Assembly: GCA_964016885.1 (NCBI GenBank)
Contig: OZ024742.1
Coordinates: 149,296,001-149,360,000 of the forward strand
Source: Eledone cirrhosa
Taxonomy: Eukaryota
Direction: 5' to 3'
DNA: 64,000 nt
The translations under genes and the position numbers were made by a program. Positions 1-13,555 of the stretch are shown here, in pieces. The notes under the pieces were generated by a model that was given only the letters and a program-made list of their open reading frames with translations, ran no database searches and was not told where the DNA came from. How positions within the stretch are numbered: the first letter of the stretch is position 1; every line of letters begins with the position of its first letter.

Positions 1-595
1 TGAAACTGCATCTTAAAGTTCAGAGTGCATACATTATAATTAGTCAGTGTGTACTATGTCAGTGAATATACCTCAGTATATTCCAACAGTTATTGAAACT
101 GTAATATACAGAGAATTGCGTAATATCAGCAGATATTAGGGAATCGGGATATTGTATTTCATCAACTATGTGTCCCAAACTTGACACCTAGGTCTTAAAT
201 TGAACACAGATGCATATGCTCCCAGCTTCCCGGATCTAGCAGTTTTATGCCGGCATGCAACCTAAAGTCATCAAAACACATACGGGGTACCCAGCTGGGA
301 ATCTATGTTTATATATATATATAATAATAAGTTGATGGACCCAGCATAGGTATCAATGCTAGGACCGGTTGCATCTCAGTGTACTCAATAGGTAATGTAA
401 AATACACTCCCAGAGTATACACATAGTTATTCACTTCAATACAACACACGTAAACAGGTACCTATATAGTTCCCGAACTCGAGTTTCTGCCACACTTAAT
501 GCAGCAGTATGGTGCACTGCACTCTCTGTCTGCATATATTATGTAACAATGTATAATCGGCGCATCTGGCTTCATCAGCGGGTTTCGCCGAATCA

Positions 596-664
<69 letters not shown>

Positions 665-689
665 AATTCGATCTCGCTGAAATTATATT

Positions 690-724
<35 letters not shown>

Positions 725-1177
725 GAAAACGAAAAATAAGTGATGCATCGGAACTCAATTTATGGTGTGTTGCAATTGTTTCCCGGCGAACAGCTCGAAG
801 TGCGACCTGTGTGTGGATCGACCTGACTCTGGAACTCAGGTCGATCCACACACAGATCGCAGATCCACTGATCTGCTAATATGCAGATCTGACTGATCAT
901 ACAGTCTGCTAATATGCAAATCAGGCCGATCAGTCACTGTGTAGTTTTGAAAATAGCATATATTTTCACTACCTCTGACAGTTTGGCAGGTGAACAGTGA
1001 GCTGTACTGATGAAGTGTGATACACAGAAACATTAGTGTCTGCAGTTCTGTTCGCATGCCAACACAAGAGCAATAATGAAGGGTTCATGCTTCTGCCATG
1101 GCTATAAAATTGAGGCTTGTGTGTATAATTGCAAACGAATCGAATGTTATTATTAATATTCGAAAAACTCAGATTAC

Positions 1178-1220
<43 letters not shown>

Positions 1221-1224
<4 letters not shown>

Positions 1225-1319
1225 AACGAGTACTCGTTCCTATTACCCACTCTACTACCCTAAATATTGAGTACTTTGGTGCGTTATAGTCCATCTGGTT
1301 CCTTACCACATTTCCTTCG

Positions 1320-1322
<3 letters not shown>
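1221..1322 (+). mobile_element. Short (TA)n-embedded fold-back element (family B, Penelope-like 3' remnant), minimal hairpin plus tail
   Basis: Palindrome taggaacgagtactcgttccta followed by the same tail seen at 12783-12976, 44556-44743 and 52351-52541; (TA)n on both sides. Confidence 0.7.
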
Positions 1323-1375
<53 letters not shown>

Positions 1376-1924
1376 TGTATAATAAACAATACAATATAAT
1401 TACCTCATTACCAGAGGTTTCCCGAATAAGATGAATACGAAAAATGTCCTCATTAGTTCATCGGACAATGCAATTTAAGACATAGTGAAATGTTTGAAAA
1501 TTCTCCTCAAGAAAGGCAAGAGTTTAACGGGCAAAAAAATATATAAATAAAAGTAATGCAAGAGATATATAAAAAAATAAGGAAATATAGTTAGGGTATG
1601 TGTATATGTATGTATATACACTCACAAATGTACATATGTGTGTATGTACAAATGCATGTGTATGGTGAAAATGTGTGCGTAAGTACATATATGAGGGCAA
1701 GTATATTTGTGTATGTGTGACCACAAATACGTATATAATATGGGTTGAAAAAGAAATTGTAAGATAATATAGTTAACACACATCCAGATACAGGTATTAA
1801 ATATATACACATACGAGTATGAAAGCACGCGTATAAACATAGGTACGCACGTACACACATATATGCCTTTTTCAATTTTCAACGGAAACTTCAATACTTA
1901 TATATATATATATATATACACTAA

Positions 1925-2260
1925 ACTGTTTGCTGTCGCTTAAGTGGAGAAGTTTTGCTGAATCTTTGTGACACTAGTACTGGATACATTGTGAAAAATC
2001 TGCTCTAGTATGTCTAACAGATAAGGTAAAATAGTCACAGAGGATACATTCTCTCTGGTACAGAGCCTTCTACTAGCATCTGGGGGAAACCCCACTGGCA
2101 GAGAGACACCAAAGATCTGACGAAAACATCGCATTTAGAACACCTAGATCTTGTCAAGGTCTTGTTTTAGGATGGTACAGGTCTCAGCGCTGTATAGGTG
2201 GGTAGGTACGACCAGCGCGCGGAAAAGATGGATTTGGTCCTTAGGGAGATGTGAGGCTTA
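1925..2260 (-). mobile_element. Decayed RTE-clade LINE fragment (RT C-terminal region)
   Basis: Minus-strand translations HISLRTKSIF.. and MRCFRQIFGVS.. resemble RTE motifs ISLxTKxxIF and RCLRxILGV. Confidence 0.5.
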
Positions 2261-2272
2261 AAATCATCAACA

Positions 2273-2332
<60 letters not shown>

Positions 2333-2450
2333 TACTACTACTACAACAACGGCTGTTCTTGCTGCTGTTACTACTACTACTACTACTGCTGCTGTTGCTG
2401 CTGCTGGTACTGCTGCTGCTGCTACTACTACTACTACTACTACTACCACT
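2273..2450. repeat. (CTA)n/(CTG)n microsatellite
   Basis: Seen directly. Confidence 0.95.
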
Positions 2451-2865
2451 GCACCATTGCTACACGTGATAATCGCAATACTTAAGAAATATAATTACAC
2501 CACTACCAAACATCACCACTACTACGCTTCTTCCTTGCACACTACTAATACACGATGGTGTTAATCACTACAGCCTCTGTTATCATCCTGGCACCACCAT
2601 TTTTCAATACCTATGAACTCTTTCTTATATATTACTTCATTTAACGTCCTACGTCTGCTTTTTCTCAATTTTTAATTTATTGGATCCAAATATCTAAGCT
2701 GAAAAAATAACTAAAAACATAAAAATTATTGTTCATTTATCGCCTTAGTTACACACCTGACGCAAAAACCTAGAATAACGATTTCATTATAAACATATCT
2801 CTCTAAGAGGAGATACATATAGATAAAGCATATTTTTCTTTTCTTTCTTTCTTCTTTTTTCTTAC

Positions 2866-2934
2866 CGAGCAGAACTGTTGTTGGTGAAATACGAACCTCA
2901 CAGCAGATGTGCTTTATCAGAGGATGATGCAAAA
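2866..2934 (-). other. Candidate 69-nt internal exon of an unidentified host gene
   Basis: Pyrimidine tract plus CAG acceptor and G|GTAAG donor; one open frame LHHPLIKHICCEVRISPTTVLL, phase 1-1; no recognised homology. Confidence 0.25.
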
Positions 2935-3996
2935 CTGAGAGAACAGGATGAGAATATGTATGCAGAAAATGACGGAAATATTTCGTTTCTGATTTTTAAT
3001 CAAGATTGGTGGCTAATATCCTTTGGATACCGTGATTTTGTAGCTGAGTGGGTAGATATTTTCCTGTACGTTTTTTTTATTATTTAGTAACAAGGAGGTG
3101 AATTGGCAGAGTCGTTAGAGTTAGACAAAATACAGACACGTGTATTTTAAAGATAATTCTCAAGGAAATTTAGCGTGCCATAGTGTGTGACTCTGTTGGC
3201 ACTTTGAATTACAGGTACAGTCCAGCCGATGAGTTTCCAGCAGTTTCCATCTACTCAATTTCACTGAAAAGGCACAAGTCGATCTGAGGCTATAGTAAAA
3301 TATACTTTCCCAGGATGCTTCACATTGGGATCGAACGCAGAATTTCATAATTACGAAGCTAACTCCTTAACCACTTAGACATGCCTGCGTCCTAAAGTGG
3401 TATCCATCTTCTTCAAGTTGAAACAAGAAAGTTGCTCAATGCTTGTATTGACACATGGATGCTGTTTATTTGATGGCTTGAGGAAGGGAAGCACCCTCAA
3501 CCCTTTCTAGTTATCTAGCGAACAACAATGAGGGTAGAACGTTCTGAACAGGGGTTAACAAATATGTATTAATACAACAAAAATATAGGAAAGAATACTC
3601 AATTATCTCTGCCCTACTGGTACGATCCCGGACGGTGTGAGAGAACGCTCTCTGGTATGCAGAACCCAAAGAGCAAGCCGTTGTATGGTCCCAGCGGACA
3701 GTATATAGAGAGCATTGCCACGGAGAATAGCGAGGGAGACGCGTTCAAATAGCTATTCCAACTCGTGGGGCTCATTCCTGCGGGTTGTCAACTAGGACCG
3801 TCAATTGCATTAATTGAGCACAAACAATTCTATACCAATCCAATGCTACCCATGAACTCAAGCAAATGAAACAACAGTCGATCACACTGAGAGAGATATA
3901 TAATAGTCATGTGTGTATCTATTTGTGTATATAAATATATAGTCATGTGATTCTATGTGGGAGTTTCATGTTTTGCCTAACGTATGTGTACATATA

Positions 3997-4310
3997 AGGC
4001 AGCGAATTGGCAGAGTCGTTAGAACGTCGGATAGAATGCTTTGCAGTGTTCGTTCTGGGCTCTCTGCTCTCTGAGTTCAAATCCCGCCGAGGTCAACTTT
4101 GGTACTGGGGTTGAATATTCCTCTATATCTCTTTCTCACTTCCTTTCTCTCACTCTTTATCCTTTTCTGGAAGAAATCTGCTGTATTCAGACATGGAGAG
4201 GAGATGCGCTTCGCAAGGTTTTAAAAAAATGCCCAAGAAACGCCGTATATAGCGCTCCTATGACTCCCCCATGAGTTACGGGACTATCACATCACGTGTA
4301 CACATACATA
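3997..4310 (+). mobile_element. tRNA-derived SINE with 3' extension
   Basis: A-box-like ttggcagagtcgttaga and B-box gagttcaaatccc; the extension recurs at 17900-18120, 31580-31715 and 61190-61392(-). Confidence 0.75.
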
Positions 4311-4616
4311 TGGTTGTATATATATCAATGTGTGCATGTACTCATGTGTGCATGTACTCATGAGTGTGCATGTACTCATTCTACAGACTAAATTTTAGGA
4401 ATACTTTGCATATTGTTAGAGTTCTTGTAAGGACTTGTAACTGCAACTTTCTAGTTAGTCTTTTCAGGGTTGTTACCGAGGTAATTTTGTTACATAACCC
4501 AGTGCCTAAAAATCACATACATACATGTATGTATGTATGTATGTATGTATGTATGTATGTATGTATGTATGTATGTATGTATGTATGTATGTATGTATGT
4601 ATGTATGTATGTTATT

Positions 4617-5222
4617 GTCAGGTCACCAGTTGGTGCTACTAGTAACATGTATCCCAGTACAACCCGGTCGGGTCGTTGGCGACTAAACTGGCAACCCCAC
4701 CAAGGTTTCTTGGTGAGGAGGGTGACTTTGGACATCCTGCAGGACTAAAAACAAAACCTGTCAAAGGGCAAAGGGGCTCTTGAGAGTCAATGGCCATCCA
4801 AAATCACCGGGAGAGAAGACCCCTTAGCCTTTGTCAAGGCAGAATTCTAGGAGAAGGAAAACTCTGATATAACACCTGCAACCCTGATGGTATCCAATGA
4901 TGTTGACTTGTTCTTCTTTTTAGTAAATATCATCTTGGTTAAGAGAGTGGGACTGGCTTTGTGCAGTGCCTTTGCTCACTATAAAAGCTTCAGGGCACAG
5001 GCATTGCTTTATATCTGGAGATCTCTCTGCACTTGTCGTCACATGGTACCATGGGCCCAGCACTATGTGTCAATAATTGTCACAAGTGTAGTGTTTGTAC
5101 CAGAGTTTTCAAGTCGCTGGCTGGACTAAAAAGTCACACACGTTCAGCGCATCAGTAGGGGTTCTCCTACATGGATATAAAGTAGTGGCCGTATTCGAAA
5201 ACGAGTTGGCAGCCACCATGTA
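4617..5222 (+). mobile_element. Dispersed repeat of about 600 bp (family C), possibly RTE-related non-autonomous element
   Basis: Near-identical copy at 45160-45757 and partial inverted copy at 14187-14375; both full copies follow (TATG)n. Confidence 0.75.
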
Positions 5223-5633
5223 TATATGTATACACGCGTATACATACTCACACACGCACACACATACTTATGTAGCGAAATCTCTTCGTACATACTAACC
5301 TCCGAATGTCATCTGGCTGCTGTTTCTCTTTATCTCGGGTTGGTGTCAGTGGTCTGGACAGACTGGCCAGCTTGGGGTTAAATGAGATAAGTTTTTTTAA
5401 AGTCATTACACTCTGGTTCCCTGGAAGAGAAGGATCACTTCAAATTGCTCAAGCAAGTAGCGTGATGTAGCACTTAGCAAAAACACTTCGACCCTCTCGA
5501 CAAGGGCACAACAGCAAGTCTTCCATCTGCACTTCAACCACACCCAGTCATCTGTCTCTCATATAGACAACACAGCTTCCATGCCACTGCGGGCTTACTA
5601 CTACCTATGATGGTACGTACTGTCTGAATATAA

Positions 5634-5895
5634 GACGATAGCTAATAAGCTTGAAACTAGTACAGCGTTCCTTTGTCAGTGTTGAACAAACAAGCAACGA
5701 TGGTTGCTGGACACTACGGCTTAATACGAGATGTTTGTTTTTTTACAAACACACCGAGCATTATAATAAATGTTCGGTGAATCCATACGTGCATATATAT
5801 ATATATGTGTGCATGTATGTATATATATATACATACTACTGTACGTCTGTATACATATATGTATGTACATGTACATACTTATATTTATATTTATG
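5634..5895 (+). mobile_element. Penelope-like 3' fragment (family D), truncated inside the hammerhead core
   Basis: Matches 44202-44460; starts at gacga-tagctaataagctt-gaaac-tagta. Confidence 0.7.
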
Positions 5896-6109
5896 ATTCG
5901 AAGTAATCATATTCTTTTTCTTTTTTGTTAATTATTGGTATTTGTCGTGTTTATCATTCTCTTCGACAACAACTCCAAAACTTCGCTTCAGTTATACGCA
6001 CGTATATATAATTCTTACTATAAACTCACAAGCACACAAGACCATTAGACTGATATGAACACACGTAATAGATAAATAGATAGATAGAGTGAGTGAGTGA
6101 GTGAGAGAG

Positions 6110-6144
<35 letters not shown>

Positions 6145-6168
6145 TATATATATAAATATATATATACA

Positions 6169-6285
<117 letters not shown>

Positions 6286-6719
6286 CATTCTATGACTTTA
6301 GACTTGAAAATAGAATCAGGTGAGATTACATACAATATGTCGAAATAGAGCGAAGCTAGTTGATGGAGCAGCGTTCTTAATCTATCACACGCGCCTCTAC
6401 CACCTAGCTATCCTGCTACCCACCCTTCTCTTTCACTTCTTTTCTTTTCCCTTCACACACACACATGTATATACACACACAGACGTATGTATGTATGTAT
6501 GTATGTATGTATGTATGTATGTATGTGTGTATGTATGTATGTTTGTATGCATGTTATGAAACTTTGTTTATCATCTGACCCGTTAGCTTTGTATACGAAT
6601 GTCTGCTCAATCAACAACGGACCTACCTATATGCCTTTTTGCCCTCTACCTACCCTTATACACATCCGCCCTCCTACTTGCTAACACATTTCACCATGTC
6701 TGTCTATCTATCTATCTAA

Positions 6720-6753
<34 letters not shown>

Positions 6754-7215
6754 CATTTATTTATTCTGCATGCTGATATATACAATGGATTGTCCCCCCC
6801 CCCCAAAAAAAAACCGCCGAAAAAATAAGCATTAAATTTGAACCTGTGGTCACATGACGCGAAAAAGGGTTTGCCAATTAATGAAAATACCGGCAATGTA
6901 CCTTGAAACAGTATGCCTAATATATTACAATATAATATTATACATAGCGTCAGTATATCAGTAAATCCCTTTCAAGTAAACACCATTTTACATGTATATT
7001 TGTGTGGATCCACAACTCTTGCTACTGACATAGGAGCGCACTACTGACACAGTCTGTCTTGGGTATTTTTAACCTGGCGGTGCCCATCTCCGATTTGACC
7101 TGGAGAATATTTCCAGACTGATCTCAGTTCGGTTCTCCCTCCGATTCCTCTTTACTTTTAGGAGCGTTTCGCTTCCCTCCCGGACAATGTATGTTATGAT
7201 CCACCAAATGTCTAA

Positions 7216-7557
7216 TTATAGAGGAAACCAAGCAATTCGGGTTTTCAGTGCTCTTTTTCTCATGTAAGAGGGAAACATTATAAATTGGTCTGTTTTACAG
7301 GGGACCACAGAGTACTTCTTTGCAAGGGCTTCACTTTTGAAGATCACTGAGATGTTCCCAAAATTCATTGCTCTTACAATGTGTTGTATGTTTGGTATCA
7401 AGCCCTTCAGAGCTGCCTCCACGTGGGATTGTGGGACCAGCTCCAGCTTTTTGGGTTTATGCCGATACAACTGTATGTAAGGTTTTTTCCGTCGCTGCGG
7501 AACACTTATGTTGGCCCAGGTTTTTTGAACTGTTACAAATGTGGCTACTTGAGCCAA
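7216..7557 (-). pseudogene. Possible LINE ORF1-like fragment (L1/Tx1?)
   Basis: Non-repetitive 113-aa ORF preceded by a Thr-rich tract; no motif recognised with certainty. Confidence 0.3.
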
Positions 7558-8464
7558 ACACTCCTCCCTCCTCGTTAAATCTATCTTGAATAGTTTTATT
7601 GGTTTCGCAACTGTTGCTGCGAACGTGCTTTTGTTGTTACTGTTGTTATTGCTTCTGTTGCTGTTATTGTTGTTTTTGTTGTAGCAGTTATTTTTGGTGT
7701 TGCTATTGTTGTCGTTGCTGCTGTAGTTACTGTTTTTGTTGTTACCATTGTTTTTGTTGGTGCTGGTGCAGTTGCTGCCACTGTTGTTGTTGTTGTTGTT
7801 GTTGCTGTTTTGTCGTTTTTTTTAAAACTTTGACTATTCCATTTTGTGAACAGTCTGCTGTTTAATTCAGCGGAAGAATTTTTTTAATGGGCGGTGCATC
7901 TGTGAAAAGAAGCACAAAAGTGTTACAGATATATGGAAACCAACCACCTTCCTTGGCTGGTTTCACCTCAAAACAATATATGATGTTCAGACAAAAATAT
8001 TTTTAAAACACTTTAACAAACTATGAACTTACTCCGCTTATGTGTACCACGTCTCTCGAGAGACTCAACACCACCACCGCCACCGCCAACACCACCACCA
8101 CCACCACCAACAACAGCAGCGGCAGTAGTAGTAGCGGCATCAGTAGCAGCAACAACAATAACAACAACAACAACAACAATAACAATAATAATTGTAGTAG
8201 TAGTAGTAGTAGTAGTAATTTGATTTATTTTGTTATTTTACCAACTATATCACTTATCACTTGTATCTGCCGATGAAACGAAGAATCTCGTTTATTTTCT
8301 GCACATTCCCAACAAAAATAGATGGCAACAGAGAATAAATAACTAACAACATAGACTTCGTACATATTGCTGGGGTCTTTATACAATACAGAGCTTCTTT
8401 CATGAGGAATTTACAAGAGATAGACGTAACAGACATATCAGGGTGGGGGCGAGAGAAGAAGAGA

Positions 8465-9615
8465 AAATGATGATGATGGTGGCGGCCGTGGTGGTGGGGA
8501 TGATGATGAAGATGATGATGGTGGTTGTGGTGATAATGGTGGCGGTCGTGGTGATGGTGGAGGTCGGGGGTGATGGTGGCGGTCGTAGTGATGGTGGTGG
8601 TCGTAGTGATGGTGGTGGTCGTGGTGATGGTGGTGGTCGTGGTGATGGTGGTGGTCGTGGTGATGGTGGTGGTCGTGGTGATGGTGGTGGTCGTGGTGAT
8701 GGTGGTGGTCGTGGTGATGGTGGTGGTCGTGGTGATGGTGGTGGTCGTGGTGATGGTGGTGGTGCTTGGGCTGGTGGTGGGGATGATGATGAAGATGATG
8801 ATGGTGGTTGTGGTGATGATGGTGGTGGTCGTGGTGATGGTGGCGATCGTGGTGATGGTGGTGGTGGTGATGGTGGTGGTGGTCGTGGTGATGGTTGTGG
8901 CGGTCATGGTGATGGTGGTGGTGGTGGCGGTCGTGGTGATGGTGGTGGTGGTGATGGTGGTGGTGGTCGTGGTGATGGTGGTGGCGGTCATGGTGATGGT
9001 GGTGGTGGCGGCCGTGGTGATGGTGGTGGTGGTGATGGTGGTGGTGGTCGTGGTGATGGTGGTGGCGGTCATGGTGATGGTGGCGGTCGTGGTGATGGTG
9101 GTGGTCGTGGTGATGGTGGTGGCTGTCGTGGTGATGGTGGCGGTCGTGGTGATGGTGGTGGTCGTGGTTATGGTGGTGGTGGTCGTGGTGATGGTGGTGG
9201 CTGTCGTGGTGATGGTGGCGGTCGTGGTGATGGTGGTGGTGGTGATGGTGGTCGTGGTCGTGGTGATGGTGGTGGCGGTCATGGTGATGGTGGTGGTGGC
9301 GGTCGTGGTGATGGTGGTGGTGGTGATGGTGGTGGTGGTCGTGGTGATGGTGACGGACGTGGTTATGGTGGCGGTCGTGGTGATGGTGGTGGTGGTCGTG
9401 GTGATGGTGGTGGCTGTCGTGGTGATGGTGGCGATCGTGGTGATGGTGATGGTGGTGATGGTGTTGGTCATGGTGATGGTGGTGGCGGTCGTGGTGATGG
9501 TGGTGGTGGCGGTCGTGGTGATGGTGGAAGTCGTGGTGATGGTGGTGGTCGTGGTGATGGTGGTGGTGCAGGTAGCGGTGGTGGTGGTGACAGCCATAAT
9601 GATGATGATAATGAT
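8465..9615. repeat. (GGT)n-derived minisatellite with 18-bp unit ggtcgtggtgatggtggt
   Basis: Seen directly; stop-free in three frames. Confidence 0.9.
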
Positions 9616-10089
9616 GCCTGCCAAAGAATTATGAAATAATTGTCTTGCTTCAAATATATCTGGACCTTTACTTTAGCATTTAGTCACTGAAATTGATTAT
9701 TTCTTTTTCTATATTTCCCTCTCTTTCTTCTTATTGTCATCATCTTCCTCATCATAACCATCCCCACCACCACCACCACCACCACCAGCACCACCATTAT
9801 CATCATTATCATTATCATTATCATCGCAAATACGACTACAACGACGACCACCATCGTAACCACCACCACCACCACCACCGCCAAAACCACCACCAACACC
9901 ATCACTAAAGCCACCACCACCACCACCACCACTATTATCATCACTATCATTATCATTGCAGCTACGACTACGACGACCACCACCATCGCAACCACCATCA
10001 TCATTATTAACAGAGTAGTAGTTGGCTGAAAGAAAAAAAAACAAACTATTTTGCGGTATTTCTGAAATTATGTCCCTTGCTTTCTCAGT

Positions 10090-11400
10090 TTAGATCCTCT
10101 CGGAGCGGACTTTGCTTTTCATTCCTCGAGATCGATTAAACAAAATCAATCGTAAACTGTCATCGTTTAACCGACATACTCTTCTCACACAGCCGCGTCC
10201 ACCACACTACCTCTTTTGCTACAGCCTCCAGGCAGAGAAGAAACTGCCTACCCTTCCTTGCCAAAAGAAGTTGGTGGGACGATCTTTACGATGGACTTGG
10301 CCGATAGCCGGATTCTTCCTTAATGTGATAATGGTTGTTCAACAAAACTCCACAATTCAGTAATGCTCGGACACTGAACGAGTACGCACAGAACGGTTTC
10401 GCCATTCTGCGTGCATCTCGGACAGCTCCGTCGAACTGCACATCTGTGCCTCTAGAGTTTATCTCGAAACCGCAGTGCCCCCACCCCACCTGGTAGCACT
10501 TCCAAGCCAGGGATTTCTGGAAGTTGTCCATAGTCCTTTGCTCGAAAGTTTTTCGGAACTGGCTGCTCAGCTCGATTTCGTCAACACCCAGAACCTCACC
10601 AAGAACGCCGTCGCACTTACCCACCACTAGTCCCCTAAAACACACATGAGTAGAATTTCCACTGATTGCATTGCCCCACTGGTAGAGGGCATTAGGCGCT
10701 TGGAACTTTACAAGAAATAGGCTTTCCTGGTTTTCTAAGAAGTTTCCGAGCACTTCGATTTCCGAGGTGTTCGACATCATCATGGTGACTTCATCTGCGT
10801 ATGCTGACGCAGCCGTTCCACATCCTGCAATAACTCCAGCTTCCACAATAATAGCGCGAGAGTCAATACGTACAGAAAAGAAGAGAGATGGCATACTTGA
10901 TGGACGGAGGGCATGATCCGGAACAGGTTCAATAGGGGGCCGTTGTCTTTGATCACCGAGCAGACACCGCTGTTCAATGCAGCGATCCAACCTCTGAAGA
11001 CGGAACTGAAGACGTCTGCCACGAGGACAGCCTCCAGATATCGATGGTCGACCCTATCAAAAGCTTCCGATTGATCTAAATTGATCAGAGTCCCGCTGAA
11101 ACCAGGTTTACTCCCTACACTCGTATCGCATGAAGTGGAGGTTGTTTCGTGTGGATCTGTATTTAGCAGAGTCATGGGCCTGAAGTTATCTAAACGTCCT
11201 TCTTGTTCTCGTCTTTCCTCATCAGCTTGACTACGTTCTGCTGGCAGTTGCAGTAGATGGCTTCGGAGAGAACGGAGAACAAGTCTGACATATCTACGTA
11301 GGTCGGGCCATCCAAACCGAATTTTTTGTATCGATGTTCTGGACATGATGAAGGTGGTGGCGGTGCTGGATTCCGGTAATGCGGGGTATTCATTTTTTCA
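10090..11400 (-). mobile_element. Decayed L1/Tx1-like LINE reverse transcriptase fragment
   Basis: Motifs LDNFRPMTLLNTD, LDQSEAFDRVDH and SAYADEV (YADD-like) across frameshifted ORFs 10780-11346 and 10286-10990. Confidence 0.85.
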
Positions 11401-11678
11401 TATAATTTTATTCTATGAATTTTGACGTCACCATTTTTGTTAGTTCTACTGTTATTGTTGCTGTTGCTGTTGTAGATGTTGTTAGTGGTGCTAGTGGTAG
11501 TGGTAGTGTCTGTATTGTTGTTGCTGATAGTGGAAGTGGTAACGTTATTGTCAACCTTTAGACATGAGTTTTATCCAGTTCAGAATCATGGACATACAGC
11601 ATCTTATACGTGAGCATTGGTGCAATTTTTCATGTTTCTCGACCTTCAGCAAGGGAAGTAAGGGAAGAAACCGACCAT

Positions 11679-11745
<67 letters not shown>

Positions 11746-11924
11746 TCTGTGACCACTGTATCATGTGTTTATCTCTCTCCTCGCCTCTCGAGAAATTCTC
11801 ACTTGCTACGAAAGAAACAATCCTTTTTTTTTTACCACTGTATCACGTGTTAATCTCTCCATCCGCCCCTGAAACTTTCTCACTTGCTACAAACGCGTCG
11901 GGAAACAGTCCTTTTTTCTGAGGG

Positions 11925-12016
11925 GTCTCTTGATAAGCCGTATCAACCTCACAGCGATGATGCACTTTTAAGTGCAGAAATCGCTGCACACGGATCGGCG
12001 AAACAGCAGTCGGGAC
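11925..12016 (+). ncRNA. Type I hammerhead ribozyme fold, U3:A8 core, extended stem II
   Basis: Stem I gtctc/gggac; core TTGATAA; stem II gccg..cggc with inner cagcgat/atcgctg and tgcact/agtgca; GAAAC-agca-GTC. Confidence 0.7.
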
Positions 12017-12200
12017 TTTGAAGAAAAAATAGGTATATTTTTGTCTATTATTTCCTCATATTTTGTAATTTGATAAATAGCTCTGATTATGGAGTTAATT
12101 TAGTTATTTTAGTTATTTTGACTCTTTCGGTCATCGAGCAACACTTGTTAAGGCGGACACCACACACACACATATACATATGAATATGTGTGTGTATTTC

Positions 12201-12240
<40 letters not shown>

Positions 12241-12243
<3 letters not shown>

Positions 12244-12436
12244 CAAAGGAATTTTGGTAAGGAACCAGATGGACCATAACGCACCAGAGTACTCAATACT
12301 TAGGGTAGTAGAGTGGGAAATAGGAAAAAGTATGACCTCGACGGCAGAGCTCAAGCCGTTTCGACGGCTATTTCTGAGTCCAGAAATAGCCGTCGAAATG
12401 GCTTGAGCTCTGCCGTCGGGGTCATACTTTTTCCTA
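12241..12436 (-). mobile_element. Fold-back element family B in (TA)n
   Basis: Hairpin centred near 12377 plus shared tail. Confidence 0.8.
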
Positions 12437-12695
12437 TATATATATATAACTTCAACAATAGATAAGACAAACATAAAAATATAAAAAACACAAAGTCTTA
12501 TTAGTTTCACTCTTAGGAAGAAGTAAATAAGGGTTTCGATGCGTCAGACATGAGTCGTTCTTCTCGAAATGGAGAGTTCTGAGAGAGAGCAACCGGGTAG
12601 AGAGAAAGAAGAGAGAGATAGAGAGAGAGAGACAAGGAAAAAGGGGCCGCGGGAGACTATTGCAGTAAACGAGCAGTTCGAAGACGAGACTGTGA

Positions 12696-12782
<87 letters not shown>

Positions 12783-12784
<2 letters not shown>

Positions 12785-12972
12785 CGAAGGAGATGTGGTA
12801 AGGAACCAGATGGACCATAACGCACCAAAGTACTCAATACTTAGGGTAGTAGAGTGGGTAATAGGAACGAGTAGGACCCCGACGGCTGAGCTCAAGCCGT
12901 TTCGACGGCAAATTCTGGTCCAGAATTAGCCGTCGAAACGGCTTGAGCTCAGCCGTCGGGGTCCTACTCGTT

Positions 12973-12976
<4 letters not shown>
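12783..12976 (-). mobile_element. Fold-back element family B in (TA)n
   Basis: Near-perfect hairpin 12861-12976 plus tail 12783-12860; retains gccgtc-GAAAC-ggc half-motif. Confidence 0.85.
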
Positions 12977-13030
<54 letters not shown>

Positions 13031-13487
13031 TACATACTTACATAATTGCATAATTATCAGTATATTAATATAAATGTAAATGTGTTTGTATATATGTGTG
13101 AGTGTGTAAATTCGTGTATCAGTACGCGCATATGCATCTTTGTGTATATGTGAGAGGGAATGTCCTTGTGTGTGTTCGTCTGTGCTTGTGTGCTTCTCTA
13201 ACAGTTCGCTGATAGACTTGGCCAGTTTCAGTTGACCGAATTTTTAGATGGTACTCTGGCAAAGAGAGCTTTGGATGAGATGGTAATTCATTCAACAATT
13301 TCATTTAACTACAATGGCACCTGTAGCGATTTATCTGTTGAGGTGGGAATGGTTTTCGTAGAGATAGGCTTCTCTTTCAAATGTCTATCGGCAGATAGTT
13401 AATTTTCTAGTGGATAATAGCAAGTAAAAAAAGAAGCTACTCTCTAACGCACACACACGCGCACGCGCACACGCACACGCGCACACG

Positions 13488-13555
<68 letters not shown>

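Noticed and set aside
553-592. Minus-strand ggcGAAAcccgCTGATGAagcc resembling a permuted hammerhead
   Set aside because: Only 4 nt separate GAAA from CTGATGA, leaving no room for stems I and III
1040-5895. Apparent segmental duplication with 44195-45757 (four shared repeat families)
   Set aside because: Order and orientation are not collinear; independent insertions explain it
11952-11986. SECIS element (ATGA..GA)
   Set aside because: The helix above the GA pairs is only about 6 bp, too short for a eukaryotic SECIS, and no selenoprotein ORF is nearby
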